Source of the DNA: Chloroflexota bacterium | GTDB lineage: Bacteria > Chloroflexota > Dehalococcoidia > JACPEP01 | Length of the DNA stretch: 64,000 nt | Reading direction: 5' to 3' | Assembly: GCA_016183425.1 (NCBI GenBank) | Contig: JACPEP010000014.1 | Coordinates: 38,148-102,147 of the forward strand | In this document: positions 1 to 10,100 of the stretch, piece after piece | Position numbering within the stretch: the stretch's first letter is position 1 | Layout: every line of letters begins with the position of its first letter | Made by a program: the position numbers and the translations under genes | Notes under the pieces: generated by a model | Told to the model about the DNA's origin: nothing | The model's database searches: none | Seen by the model: the letters and a program-made list of their open reading frames with translations, nothing else

Positions 1-1483
1 CGGCGCCAACGGTATGGGGGGCGGCAGCCGAGGTGCCATAAAAGGAGCCGGCGCCGTAGGTCATCCCCGCCGTCCCATCCGGCGCCGAGATGTCCGGCTT
101 GGTACGCCCGTCCTCCGTGGGGCCCTGGGAGCTGAAAGACTCGATGACGGTGGGGGTGCCCCAGTACACCGCCCCTGCCGCCATGCCGTCCCGGCTATCC
201 GCCGGCTGCAGCAGGCTGTAGGCGGCCGTCTGGTATTCCAGGTTCTGGTAAAAGCTGAACAGGTTTATAGTGGGGTTACGGGTGGCGGAATACTTGTAAA
301 CAGCGATGTGGTAGGTTCCCGCTGCTAGCGGCCCGGCAAACAGGAGCTCGGTGGGGTAGCCAGTGCCAGTCTGAACGTCTGTGGAAGAGGCCACCAGATT
401 GAGCAAATTGTCATACAGGTAGAGGTCAAGATCATTGGCGGAAGCGCCCCAGGGGTCGTCCCAGCTCAAGGCGGCTACAACATAGCCGCCAGAGCCCACC
501 GATATGGTATTGGTCTCATCGGCGCCCGAGAAATTATGCCACTTGTCGCTGTCGGTATCGGTGAAGGTGCCCCGCCAGTGCCGCTGGCCCTCGTTGCCGG
601 CGGCGTTGACCCATAGGATGCCACAGTTGAGAGCGCTTTTCACGATGTCGTTTAGGACGCCGGTTCCGTCGCCGGGGCCAGTGTTTACCCAGCCTACCGA
701 ATAGTTGATAACCTTTACCCCCTGAGAGCAGAGCCAGTTGACGGCGTTGGCGGTGTTGACCTCCGTATCGGCGGCCACCAGGTACATAGTGGCCCCGGGG
801 GCCATATCGTAGACTATCTCCGCCACCGCCGTGCCATGGGGCTGGCCGCCGCCGGTTATATCGCCACCGAAGCCGAAGACGTTGGTGATGACGGAGGAGG
901 GAAGCTCGGTGCCCAGAAGGAACTGGTAGCCCTGAAAGCCCAGGTCAAGGATGGCCACCTTGACGCCGGCGCCCGTATAGCCGACGTCCTGCCAGACCTT
1001 GGCGTTGGTGAGGGTTACTCCCTGGCTCACCACCAGGGGCATAGGCTTTAAGGGCCGTCGGAGGAAGCGCACCTGGGGGTTATCGGCCAGGGCGGTGAGA
1101 GCGGAAAGAGGGACCCGGGCCTGAATCAGGTCTCGGTAGGTGCCCTCCACTACGCCACCCAGGGCCATGACGGCTGCCGTTACCTCCTGGGCCTGCCCAT
1201 CGGAAGCCACTATTACCAGACGGGCTCGGGAATCGTCAAGGAATACGCCGTTTCGTTGTGCCAGTTCCCTGGCGGCGCCGACCCCCTGAAGGAGATGGAC
1301 TTCGCCCAACCGGGTTAAGACAGACTCCATCTTAGGGTGGCCCTTGGGAGGCAACTCCATGCCAGCTAAATCTAAGGGCTGTGGGTCGGGGGGTTGAGCC
1401 ACCGCTTTCGGCCCCATATTGAGCAGCAAAAAGGTTAGCGATATGACAAGAAGTAAAACTGTTGCTAGGCCGATTCGTCTCAT
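1..1483 (-). CDS. Subtilisin-like serine protease (peptidase S8), secreted. C-terminus runs off the window start.
   Basis: Reverse-strand translation from ATG (revcomp of cat at 1481-1483) gives a signal peptide MRRIGLATVLLLVISLTFLL. It carries the S8 catalytic motifs VAILDLG (Asp), HGTAVAEIV (His), NAAGNEG (oxyanion Asn) and KPDISAPG...GTSAAAP (Ser). It is not in the ORF track because no stop falls inside the window. Confidence 0.85.
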   Translation of the reverse strand, partial: MRRIGLATVLLLVISLTFLLLNMGPKAVAQPPDPQPLDLAGMELPPKGHPKMESVLTRLGEVHLLQGVGAARELAQRNGVFLDDSRARLVIVASDGQAQEVTAAVMALGGVVEGTYRDLIQARVPLSALTALADNPQVRFLRRPLKPMPLVVSQGVTLTNAKVWQDVGYTGAGVKVAILDLGFQGYQFLLGTELPSSVITNVFGFGGDITGGGQPHGTAVAEIVYDMAPGATMYLVAADTEVNTANAVNWLCSQGVKVINYSVGWVNTGPGDGTGVLNDIVKSALNCGILWVNAAGNEGQRHWRGTFTDTDSDKWHNFSGADETNTISVGSGGYVVAALSWDDPWGASANDLDLYLYDNLLNLVASSTDVQTGTGYPTELLFAGPLAAGTYHIAVYKYSATRNPTINLFSFYQNLEYQTAAYSLLQPADSRDGMAAGAVYWGTPTVIESFSSQGPTEDGRTKPDISAPDGTAGMTYGAGSFYGTSAAAPHTVGA

Positions 1484-1520
1484 AGCCGATTTCCTCTCAC
1501 TGGGCTTCTCGCCAGTCGGA

Positions 1521-2594
1521 TCAACGCCCCTGGCGAGCCCAAAGCCATACCAGACCCAAAATGGCCACGCTTCCGCCGAGGAAGATGGGGTTGGTCAGGG
1601 AGCGAAAGAGGAAATCAAAAGAGTAGTCTATCTTTTGAGATGGGGTCGTCGGGGTCTCATTTGGCGATGCAGCGGCCGCCAGGGTTTGGGGAGACGGTGT
1701 GACCGAAGGAAGCCCCATGCCGGAGCCGGCCAGCGCAGTCGTCCCAGGAGTTACCGTAGACGACCCCAGTGCCCCTGGCGTAGGCGAAGCTGACAAGGGC
1801 GCCGGGCCTCTGGTAGGGGTGATGGGTGGCAATGGGCTGGGACCGAGAGCAGGCGTAGCGGTGGGAGTCGCTCCCCTGGGAGTACTGGGGGAAGGGGTAG
1901 GCGAAGAAGGGCTAATAGGCAGCGCGGTTAATGAAGGGGTGGGCGAGGCGGTGGGAGTGGCAGTGGCCGCCGTTGGCACTCCCGGAGTGGGGGAGGTGGG
2001 GGTGGGCGTTGGAGTGGGGGTCGCCGTGGCGGTGGGTGGTGGGGGGGAGGGGGTACCCCCGGCCCCCGCCGTTATCACCCCCCCTTGGACAGAGTGGGGA
2101 ATGGATTGTACCTGTTCGGCAACTGGCTTAGTTTTATCCAGGCCCACCAGGTCTGCCTTCTCAAAGCTGAGGTAACTAGCGCCGTCCTTCAGACCCCTGA
2201 AGGTGACCGACGCCAACACGCCGCCGCCCTGGATAGTCGGAGCCGGAGCAAGGAGGGTCAGGGCATAGGCGACGCTCCCCATAACATTATCGGCGGTGTT
2301 CAGGGCCAGGAAGGCGCCTGAGAATAGGTTTCCCCCGGCTATTTGAACCCCCTCGGCCTGGGGGCTGGCATCTACCACCGCCACCACCGAGGGGTCGAAG
2401 CGAAGCACCACGTGACTGCCGTAGAGATTGGAGACGTTATCGATGCGGATGTCCACGATAGCAGTGCCGCCTACTGGGATGTTGAGCTGGGCGGGGGAGA
2501 GGGATACCGTGGCCTCTCCTTGGGCCATGGCACCGGTAGCGAGACCCGTAAACCAAAGCAAGAAAGCTATAAGTAGAGTACGGGAAAATAACAT
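1521..2594 (-). CDS. Cohesin-domain cell-surface protein with PT-rich linker and C-terminal TM anchor
   Basis: Signal peptide MLFSRTLLIAFLLWFTGLATGAMAQ. The cohesin-like beta-sandwich reads ATVSLSPAQLNIPVGGTAIVDIRIDNVSNLYGSHVVLRFDP. An approximately 130-aa P/T/S low-complexity linker and a C-terminal hydrophobic helix (IFLGGSVAILGLVWLW) follow. Start chosen at the internal Met before the signal peptide; the ORF track begins at 2639. Confidence 0.6.
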   Translation of the reverse strand: MLFSRTLLIAFLLWFTGLATGAMAQGEATVSLSPAQLNIPVGGTAIVDIRIDNVSNLYGSHVVLRFDPSVVAVVDASPQAEGVQIAGGNLFSGAFLALNTADNVMGSVAYALTLLAPAPTIQGGGVLASVTFRGLKDGASYLSFEKADLVGLDKTKPVAEQVQSIPHSVQGGVITAGAGGTPSPPPPTATATPTPTPTPTSPTPGVPTAATATPTASPTPSLTALPISPSSPTPSPSTPRGATPTATPALGPSPLPPITPTRGPAPLSASPTPGALGSSTVTPGTTALAGSGMGLPSVTPSPQTLAAAASPNETPTTPSQKIDYSFDFLFRSLTNPIFLGGSVAILGLVWLWARQGR

Positions 2595-3109
2595 CGGACA
2601 TTTATTTGACATAAATCTAACATAAGATAAGCACTTCACTAAGCGTTAGGCTAGCTCAAGGAGAAGCCCTTGTCAAGTTAAAAAACGAGAGGATTTCACC
2701 ATGAACCCAGCCACCAAGCTGTTAAAAAACCATCAGGAAGGCTCCGAAACCGATTATGGCGGCTAAAACATCGTTGGCCCACATAAGGACACCAGTGCTT
2801 AGTTTCACAGATCGGCGTCATTTCGAGGCCGACCTGAAATTTTTCGCGACGGTCATGGTACAGAGTGAGAATTGCGATCTCCGCTTATGGCGGGGAGAAG
2901 AATCTCGGTTAGCACGCCCCTATTGTAATCCCGGCCCGGGCCGCCCCGCCTTTACAGTCAAGAACTTCGCACTATATATATTATGTTATCTAAGTGGTTT
3001 TAGCGCGGCACCCGGGTGGTGCCTTAAAGATGGGGCATTACCGCTACATGAGGCATCCGGGTTATGGGGTGGTTCCACCAAAACGGCGGTGCCGAAGATG
3101 TCGCCTGGA

Positions 3110-3349
3110 TTATCTATAAGGATCCGCCATGGGGTTCCGCAGCAAGCCCTGAAACAGAACGCCAGCCGTAGCCAGGGCCGCTCCCACCAGCATTCCTCCC
3201 CTCACCCGAGGCAGGCGAATATAAAAGATGATGGTCTCATGAGTAGAGGGCCAGGCAGCGTCAGGAAAAAGAGATAGCCTGTTGAGCATCATTCCGGCGA
3301 TACTCCCCACCGGAATAGGCACTGCCCACAGGGCCAACCCCAGGGTCAA
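3110..3349 (-). pseudogene. N-terminal fragment (about 80 aa) of a FecCD-family ABC permease (iron-siderophore/cobalamin type), truncated
   Basis: The ORF ends right after the hallmark RLPRVRGGMLVGAALATAGVLFQGLLRNPMADPY. Full-length FecCD/BtuC proteins continue with ILGVSSGA and about 250 more residues. No continuation is found in any frame downstream. Confidence 0.5.
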
Positions 3350-3489
3350 GGCATCCCCTAGAGCAATCCCTCAGATGATAAAAGATAACTCTTTTCCCGT
3401 CGAGTCAGTTCTTGTCAACCAGGTCTAATGCTTTATGTCAAGCAACCAGTGTCCGTCTCTCAGCTCTTTACCCGCCCTGACAATGGGCC

Positions 3490-3665
3490 ATTAGTGACCA
3501 AGGTGTGGAACCCCTCGCCACAGGGGTCCACCGGAGTGGCCAGAGAATCGAGATAAGTGGAGAAGTCTTTGCCCAGCCTTTGGCCGATCCAGGTCTCGTC
3601 CACCAAGTGGGCTTCGGCGCTGACCAGGATGGCCTGGAAACCAAATGCCAGGAAGTCGGCCTCAC
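3490..3665 (-). pseudogene. Possible frame-disrupted C-terminal remnant of the cognate periplasmic substrate-binding protein
   Basis: A reverse-strand frame reads GHPAGEADFLAFGFQAILVSAEAHLVDETWIGQRLGKDFSTYLDSLATPVDPCGEGFHTLVTNGPL. It is protein-like but bounded by an in-frame TAG, and it sits upstream of the FecCD fragment in operon order. Weak; the family assignment is tentative. Confidence 0.2.
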
Positions 3666-3899
3666 CTGCCGGGTGTCCCTACCGCCTCCTGGCATACCCT
3701 TTCTACCCAATCCCAGTGCTCTTGTAGGTAGATATCCCCTGTCACAGCCCCTCTACCCCCTCCTCCCGCACCTTTCGGAGGAGAGACTTAAACTGCTCTT
3801 TATAGTTATGTCGAGTACAGCTTCGCTGTCGCATAGAGTACACCAGCCTCCAGTCCAATCCGTGGCCGCCGTCCTTTAGGGCGGTCATCCCGGAAAGCA

Positions 3900-3928
3900 T
3901 TGACAAGGGGGGAGGCGACTTTTAGAAT
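3900..3928 (+). promoter_or_regulatory. Sigma70-like promoter for tRNA-Gly
   Basis: TTGACA (3900-3905), 17-nt spacer, TAGAAT (3923-3928). The predicted start site lies about 7 nt before the tRNA 5' end at 3942. Confidence 0.45.
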
Positions 3929-3941
3929 AGTGCCGGAAGGG

Positions 3942-4017
3942 GCGGGTGTAGCTCAGTCGGCAGAGCGCTTGCTTCCCAAGCAAGATGTCGAGAGTTCGAA
4001 TCTCTTCACCCGCTCCA
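3942..4017 (+). tRNA. tRNA-Gly (anticodon CCC)
   Basis: Acceptor GCGGGTG pairs with CACCCGC. D-arm is GCTCAGTCGGCAGAGC. Anticodon stem CTTGC/GCAAG carries loop TTCCCAA (CCC at 3975-3977). T-arm is GAGAGTTCGAATCTCTT. Discriminator is T, with an encoded CCA at 4015-4017. Confidence 0.9.
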
Positions 4018-4021
4018 ACTC

Positions 4022-4564
4022 TCATGTCGTAAACAGGCGGGCATTTCTACTCAGAACTTTGTTTTTGGAGTCCAGCATCTCGATCTGCCTTTGCTGCATT
4101 TCGCATAGCTCCTGCCATTGCTTCTCCCTAAGGGTATCCAGTTTCTCATGCAACTGCTCGATCTCTATCTCCGCCTTCAGATTCACCTCGTAGTCATGTT
4201 CGGCTCGCAGCCGATCCTTAGCCTCCTGCCGGTTCTGGCTCATCATAATCACCGGGGCCTGGATGGCGGCAATGCAGGAAAGAACCAGGTTCAACAGAAT
4301 AAAGGGGAAGGGATCGAAGACCCGAAGCAAGGCTATGCTGTTCAGAACCATCCAGATAGCGAGGACGATCATGAACAGGCTGATGAAGGTCCAGCTCCCC
4401 GCCCAGTCCGCCAGGTTGTCGGCGAGCCGATCGCCCAGGTTTAGCCTTTCCTTGTGCACAATGTTAATGTTGCGGCTCAGGCGGTGGCCCCGCTTCTTCT
4501 TTTCCAGGATGTGATGTTCCAGGGCTTTTTGGGCTTGTTGCTCTTTTTCCGTTAGCTCAATCAT
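4022..4564 (-). CDS. DUF1003 family membrane protein
   Basis: GDRLADNLADWAGSWTFISLFMIVLAIWMVLN ... FDPFPFILLNLVLSCIAAIQAPVIMMSQNRQ matches the conserved DUF1003 core. Two TM helices and coiled-coil flanks. Confidence 0.75.
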   Translation of the reverse strand: MIELTEKEQQAQKALEHHILEKKKRGHRLSRNINIVHKERLNLGDRLADNLADWAGSWTFISLFMIVLAIWMVLNSIALLRVFDPFPFILLNLVLSCIAAIQAPVIMMSQNRQEAKDRLRAEHDYEVNLKAEIEIEQLHEKLDTLREKQWQELCEMQQRQIEMLDSKNKVLSRNARLFTT

Positions 4565-4598
4565 TACTTATTTCCTTTTTAAGCCCTGACTATCTTCT

Positions 4599-6200
4599 TT
4601 ACAAAATATGAAGAGGCAGGATCTTGGCAGCCCTCGTGGCGTAAGGTTCTCGGCGTATTACCCGCGGAGTGGCTGCCTCTCGCCAGCGTTCCGCCATCAT
4701 CTTTTTTGAACCCGGGAAAGAGCCTAGAACACTAAGAACAGTAGTAATGAGCTGTCCCTCGTCCACCTCCCCCACCCGAGGGCTCACCACAATACTCACC
4801 TTTGTCAGCCCCGCCTCTTCCTCTTCTATGAACTGGTAGTCTGTGGGGGACCCACCGAAACGGGCCGGCAGAACATCTTCCACTAGGGAAATCAGCTCAC
4901 TCCCCAAAAAGGTCATCCCCTCACTGGTAAGCTTGTCGTAGCTCCGAATGTCATGAAGATGCTGGTGAAACCCCATCTCCTCCAGGAGACAGCCGCAGCG
5001 GCGGTCCTCCAGAATCCCGTAGTCACCGCTTCCTACGTTGATCATGAGTTTCGGGCAGCTAGGCAGGAGGGTAGTATAAAAGAGGGCGCCAACGCTCAGT
5101 TCACTCTCGCCCACGGGTGTATTTCGCTGGATAACAGCTAGCTTGTCGATAGCCAGATGGACATCATCGAGGGCAGAGGGGGCGGCGCAGGGAAGGCCGA
5201 TGTTGCCAATTTCGGCCATGCCATAGAAGGAAGCGGTGTTGCAACCAGCCTCAGATACCAATCTGGCTTTGGCCGAAGTATAGGGTTCTGCGCTAAAGCG
5301 AAAGAAGGTGCCCCCGATGTCCAGTCCCGTCTCTTTAGCCGCCAGACATATCCTTACCCCGGAGCTAGGGTTTGTATAAAATAAAGCAGGCATTCCATCC
5401 TCTTTTTTCGCCGCCAACCACCGAGCCACCAGAGAGGCCCGTTCCAGAGGCATGGATTCGGGAATGGGCAGGGGCTTCCCCAGAAGCCTGCTGCCGTAAA
5501 CGGCGTAAGCGGTGAAAAGGAAGGGCTTCCAGCGGTCTAGCCTCAGGGTCCATCGGTTTTGGGTAAACCATCGCTCTGGGGACACACCAACCTTGGCAGA
5601 CCGCAGTATATTCTTCATAGGAGCCGCGGCTGGTGGGATAGGCCCCCAAAATCCCACGGGCCGGCCCATTAGGTCAAAAGCGGTGAGAAAGAGATGAAGG
5701 TAGGCCGCCTCATGGGCCAGAAGGTCGAAATCAATGATGATCCGGGTACCGGTCCCCCGAGAGCCTCCTGTCTGGGTTTCATAGTCCAGGGCCGACAGGG
5801 GATTGTCGAAGTCGCTAGGACTGACAGGAAATTCTAATCCGGGGCGTTGAATAGGCCGACGCCCTTTGAACTCGTCAAGGGTTATGTAGACCCCTTGGTG
5901 GTATAATTTCTCTAAGGTCTCCTCAACGCCTTCGTGACGTACCCCTCTGGCTACATCACCTAACTCGATACCGGCGTGGGTAAAGAGCCTGCGGTATGGG
6001 CTTTTAGGATTGGAGAAGACTCCCCTTTCCAAGATGCGTAAAAATGATTCCTCTCTGGTTCGCATGTGATGCTCGATACGCCGGCGGGACTCCTCCAGTG
6101 TCTGTGGGCGGCTCAGAAACCTTCCCAGACCCCCAACATACCTGACAAACATCTTCAAGTCATCAAACATCGTCGATTCCTCCTCAGCTTGATGGTTCAA
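4599..6200 (-). CDS. Putative acyl-adenylate-forming enzyme (GH3 / PaaK / CapK-like superfamily), 533 aa
   Basis: It carries a glycine-rich ETQTGGSRGTGTRIIID loop resembling ANL/GH3 motif I. Later segments FYGMAEIGNIGLPC and INVGSGDYGILEDRRCGC resemble PaaK/GH3 motifs. Tentative, from pattern recognition only. Confidence 0.4.
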   Translation of the reverse strand: MNHQAEEESTMFDDLKMFVRYVGGLGRFLSRPQTLEESRRRIEHHMRTREESFLRILERGVFSNPKSPYRRLFTHAGIELGDVARGVRHEGVEETLEKLYHQGVYITLDEFKGRRPIQRPGLEFPVSPSDFDNPLSALDYETQTGGSRGTGTRIIIDFDLLAHEAAYLHLFLTAFDLMGRPVGFWGPIPPAAAPMKNILRSAKVGVSPERWFTQNRWTLRLDRWKPFLFTAYAVYGSRLLGKPLPIPESMPLERASLVARWLAAKKEDGMPALFYTNPSSGVRICLAAKETGLDIGGTFFRFSAEPYTSAKARLVSEAGCNTASFYGMAEIGNIGLPCAAPSALDDVHLAIDKLAVIQRNTPVGESELSVGALFYTTLLPSCPKLMINVGSGDYGILEDRRCGCLLEEMGFHQHLHDIRSYDKLTSEGMTFLGSELISLVEDVLPARFGGSPTDYQFIEEEEAGLTKVSIVVSPRVGEVDEGQLITTVLSVLGSFPGSKKMMAERWREAATPRVIRREPYATRAAKILPLHIL

Positions 6201-7003
6201 CCAATGCCAGTTTTAGACGGCTTGTGTACGGCGCATGCAATAAGGTAACCATGTCGTCGAATCCAGGGGACCCGTTGATAAAGCCTGGCAAAGGGCCGGA
6301 CCAGCCACGATGACCACTTTGCTAGGTAGGGAAACCGGGTTTGGCACAGTAGATCAACTATGCGCAGCCAGCCGGGCATAAACAAAATACCGGTCTGCGC
6401 CGTCACGCAAAAGCCGGCCAACTGGAGAAGTTGCCCAAGGGCGCCGGGGGTGAATGACTTTTCCCAGCCATAGGGGTACACGCCCAGCCAGTTCAACAAG
6501 GACACAAGTATGGGACGCAAAAATGGATCGAGCTTGTTAGGAACCCCGATGATGGCTGTACCCTGGGGCTTGAGGACACGGAAGATCTCCCAAATTGCTA
6601 CCTCGTAGTCAGGGAAATGTTCGATAGTTCCCATGGAATAGACGAGGTCGAAGCTTTCCGCAGGAAAGGGGAGCGCCCTAACGTCAGCGACAACGCACCC
6701 CGGAGAGTCGGGCCCTAAAACTCTGGTGGCTTCTCGGACGACATTGAAAGCAATGTCGACACCGTAGGGATATACTCCCTGTTCTGCGGACCAGCGCAGG
6801 ATCTCTGTGCCTTTAGCCTCATTCCACAGGTCGGTCTTTAACAGTAACCGGCCTTTCAGCGTAGGGAAAAACTGTTCGAACAGCCAGCGCTCACATTCGA
6901 AGTAGTATTCGGTGGATGCTGCCCCTTTGAGGGATGGTAACCTCTTAGCCATATTATTCCAGAAGGATACGTAGGCCAAGGGACCCTTATCCTGTGATAT
7001 CAA
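6197..7003 (-). CDS. Class I SAM-dependent methyltransferase
   Basis: DLVYSMGTIEHFPD and VLKPQGTAIIGVPN are the characteristic Methyltransf_11/23 motifs. There is a 4-bp overlap with the downstream adenylate-forming gene. Confidence 0.75.
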   Translation of the reverse strand: MISQDKGPLAYVSFWNNMAKRLPSLKGAASTEYYFECERWLFEQFFPTLKGRLLLKTDLWNEAKGTEILRWSAEQGVYPYGVDIAFNVVREATRVLGPDSPGCVVADVRALPFPAESFDLVYSMGTIEHFPDYEVAIWEIFRVLKPQGTAIIGVPNKLDPFLRPILVSLLNWLGVYPYGWEKSFTPGALGQLLQLAGFCVTAQTGILFMPGWLRIVDLLCQTRFPYLAKWSSWLVRPFARLYQRVPWIRRHGYLIACAVHKPSKTGIG

Positions 7004-7172
7004 GGTATCACCGGGCAGAGGATTGGTGTCATCTCACTCGTGCCACATGATAACACAATCCCGGACAAAAAAGATAAAAAGAATAGCAAGAGGAGTCAGG
7101 CTTTAACTAAAGTCATTTGTATCGTAGATTTAACCAGGGGGCAGGGTTATAATACCCTCAAGGAGACCTGCC

Positions 7173-10100
7173 TTGAGGGTTCTAATTGACCTCGTGGCCC
7201 TTTACTTGTTCCTAGTGGTGGGCCTCGCCTACCTTGGCTACGGCGCTACGAGACTACTCTTACCGGTGTCTCTTTGGCGCTGGCAACCCCTCCTCACGCC
7301 GTTTCTAGGTTATGCGGTGGTGACCATCGTCTTCCACAGCCTAAATACTTCTTGGTTGAACGCAGAACAGTCCACAGTGGTGCTTTTGACCCTGACAACT
7401 GGACTAAATGCATTTGCCGTGGCCCGCCGGGGACGACCTCGTGCCCACCCGACATGGAAGGACGACTTGATCCCAATGCTACTCTCCTTCGGAGTCTACA
7501 TCGGGGCTACTATTCCGCTTATTAGCTATGGGTTTATAACAGTGGTGGGGACGAATGGAGACGTGGAGCAATACCTTGCGGGTGCAGATTACATCCGGCG
7601 CTTTAATCTCAGTGCGCTAGCTACTGCCCCCCCGAATCCGTTGCTGGATCTGGCTGCGAAATTAACCGGGCCCTTTGGCGGTTGGGGCTTTACCTACATC
7701 CTGTCCCTGGTCACCCTGATCCTGGGGTGGTCTGGCGAAAAGGCTTTTGCACCGCTCTTGGCCTTCCTGGTGGCTGCTAACGTGATAGCGATGCATCTCT
7801 TTGCCAGATCGGTTCTCGGTCTGTCATGGCGGGGGAGTGCTTTTGCCAGCTTTGCCCTTGGTGTGAATGGTCTCCTCCTCTGGACCGGTTTTTTCAATTA
7901 TGGCCGCCAGGTAGCGGTGTTGCCCCTCCTGCCTGTTGCCGCTTTAGCCTTCTTGGCTTCCTTCAGACATAGAAGTTGGCGCTCTATTCTGTTTGCCGCC
8001 CTTCTTTTTGCGGCGGTGACCATAACGTATCGCCCGGCAACGCTCTTGCTACTGGTATCGATGAGCATATTTGCCGCCATGACCATTGTCAGGGGACGCC
8101 ATAGGCTCAGACTGGCGGCTACGATAGGCGCCCCTCTTGCCCTGGGCTTTCTGCCACTAGGGGCCAGTTTACCCGAGTATATGACGCGAATTAGCCGAGT
8201 ATTCAGCGAGAGGGTTCTCAGCGGTAGTCCGATAAGCAAAACCCCGCTTTTCTCCGAATTTCTGCCCCTTAACCACCTCTATGGACTGTCTTACTACGTG
8301 TGGCCGGCTCCCGAGCCGGCAGGGGAGCGATTAAGCTCGACGCTGGTCTGGGTGGTCAATAACTCCGAAACAGGCGCGGTAGCTTTGTCTCTAGCCTTGG
8401 GCATCTATGCCCTCTGGCGCACGACCCGAGCGGGGCGGGATATGGCCCTAAGCCTGACAATGGCCTCGGCCCTGTTTCTCGGAGCAATGCGTCTGATAGA
8501 CGACCGTTATAGCTACTTTAAGATCCTTACCTTTTCTAGCTTTTGGGCCACTAGCTTGGGGGTGTTGGGGTTGAGCCTGGTCTGGCAAGCCGCCAGCCGA
8601 TCCAGGAGCAAAGCACTGGAGTCGCTCGGCAAGAATGGCCTCTCCCTCTTTGGTGTAGCATTCCTGTCCTTAGGCAGCATCAATGCCTATTTCACCATTA
8701 ACCATTTCCTTGGTAAGCCCCAGTCCCCCTTCGTAAGTCCCTACCTTGATGTTGCGCAGCTTTCCAGCATCATCGAGCCGCAGGCCTCCATATGTCTCAC
8801 TAGTGCTCCCAGTTTACAAGGTGGGGCGATGGGCGTCATTGCTTACTCATTGATGGCGTATCCTCTCTACCCCCTTTATGGGGGGATTAATACGGCGGAG
8901 AGCGGAACAGGGCCTCCCGTTCACCAAGGGTCCGCAGGTCGCTATTTTTCGGTCTCTAGTGGCAATAGAGGAAGGGAAACAAACCTCTGTGACTACGCGC
9001 TCCTCGCCGCCAGCGAGGAGCCCTCAGAATGGGGCTATTCAGCAGATTCCCTCGTGTGGGCCAATAAAGAGATCAAGGTTTATAGCCGAGAGGGCACTAT
9101 GGCTCATTTGCAATTTGACACGGGCAATGGCGGGCGCACTATAACCAGTGCCGAACCCTTCAGAACGATAGTTACCGCGGCGACCATGCCAGAAGTCAAC
9201 CCTGGGGATAGCCAATATCTTGTCATTCAGATGGGCACCTTTAGTAACCAGCAGCTAGTCGTGGAAATTGACGGTAAGGAAAATCGCGTGGCAATTGGCC
9301 CAGGCCTGTGGCGATACCAGTCAGAATCCACATACCTCCCGGCATCGGTGGCTATCAGATCTGAGGGCCCTGACCCAATTTTCCTGAACTGGTTGGAACT
9401 GAGGTATGGCTCGAGGCCAGCACCCTCAAAAACGAAACTCGAGAGAGCTCTGCTCCTGCAATCGGCGTCCATGCAACGGCCCGATAGCATTTTAATGCAG
9501 GTAGGTTGGTTGTCTCCAGAACCCCAGCTCGTCCGTGGCTGGATTGAGATCTGGGTGAGAAACAGGGCCAGTTCGGGGGACAGGTTCCTCATTGGCCGGG
9601 GGGCCTTGGACAAGGCTGACCACGAAATCCAGGTTCAGATGCTCCTCCCCGGCGGGCAGGCCCGCTCCCCAAGCACCGAATCGGGTGTCTCCCGTTGGAA
9701 CCCCGACTGGAGGGATGGAGAGTACGTTGGGGAGCTGTATATTGTCTTTGACGACTTGGTGCAGGATGAAGCATTGTCCGCTATCTGGCAGGCGCGGCCC
9801 GACCTTCGAGAGGCAGCCTCTAAATCTGGTTGGGAGCCTGGTCAGTGGAAGAAATTCATGCTGGACTGGTGGCAGGATACCCCAGAGGCGTCAGGAAAGG
9901 ACCGGGACATCGTGGCCTTTGCTAGGAAATCCATGGACTTCACCCCAAGCTATGAGCAGAAGGTAGCAGAACTGTTTACCTTAAGGTTGCGGCAGAATAG
10001 CGTCGTCGAGGCTGCGATGAATCACTATCCGTTTTTGCATCACTACTTCCCCCCCAGTCCCTGGACATCGGTGGACGAAATGTTCGGTAATACTGCTCGA

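Noticed and set aside
1699-2175. Plus-strand Gly/Val-rich ORFs antisense to the cohesin PT linker
   Set aside because: Mirror-image ORFs are expected opposite a GC-rich Pro/Thr repeat. The reverse-strand gene has the real domain content.
2756-3277. 173-aa plus-strand ORF in the gap between the cohesin gene and the FecCD fragment
   Set aside because: Composition is Arg/Ser/Pro-rich and random-looking. It overlaps the reverse-strand FecCD fragment. There is no motif or start context. Likely non-coding decay sequence.
3350-3470. Possible cobalamin riboswitch upstream of the FecCD fragment
   Set aside because: I could not find the conserved B12-box (GCCACTG-like core) or the expected paired regions on either strand.
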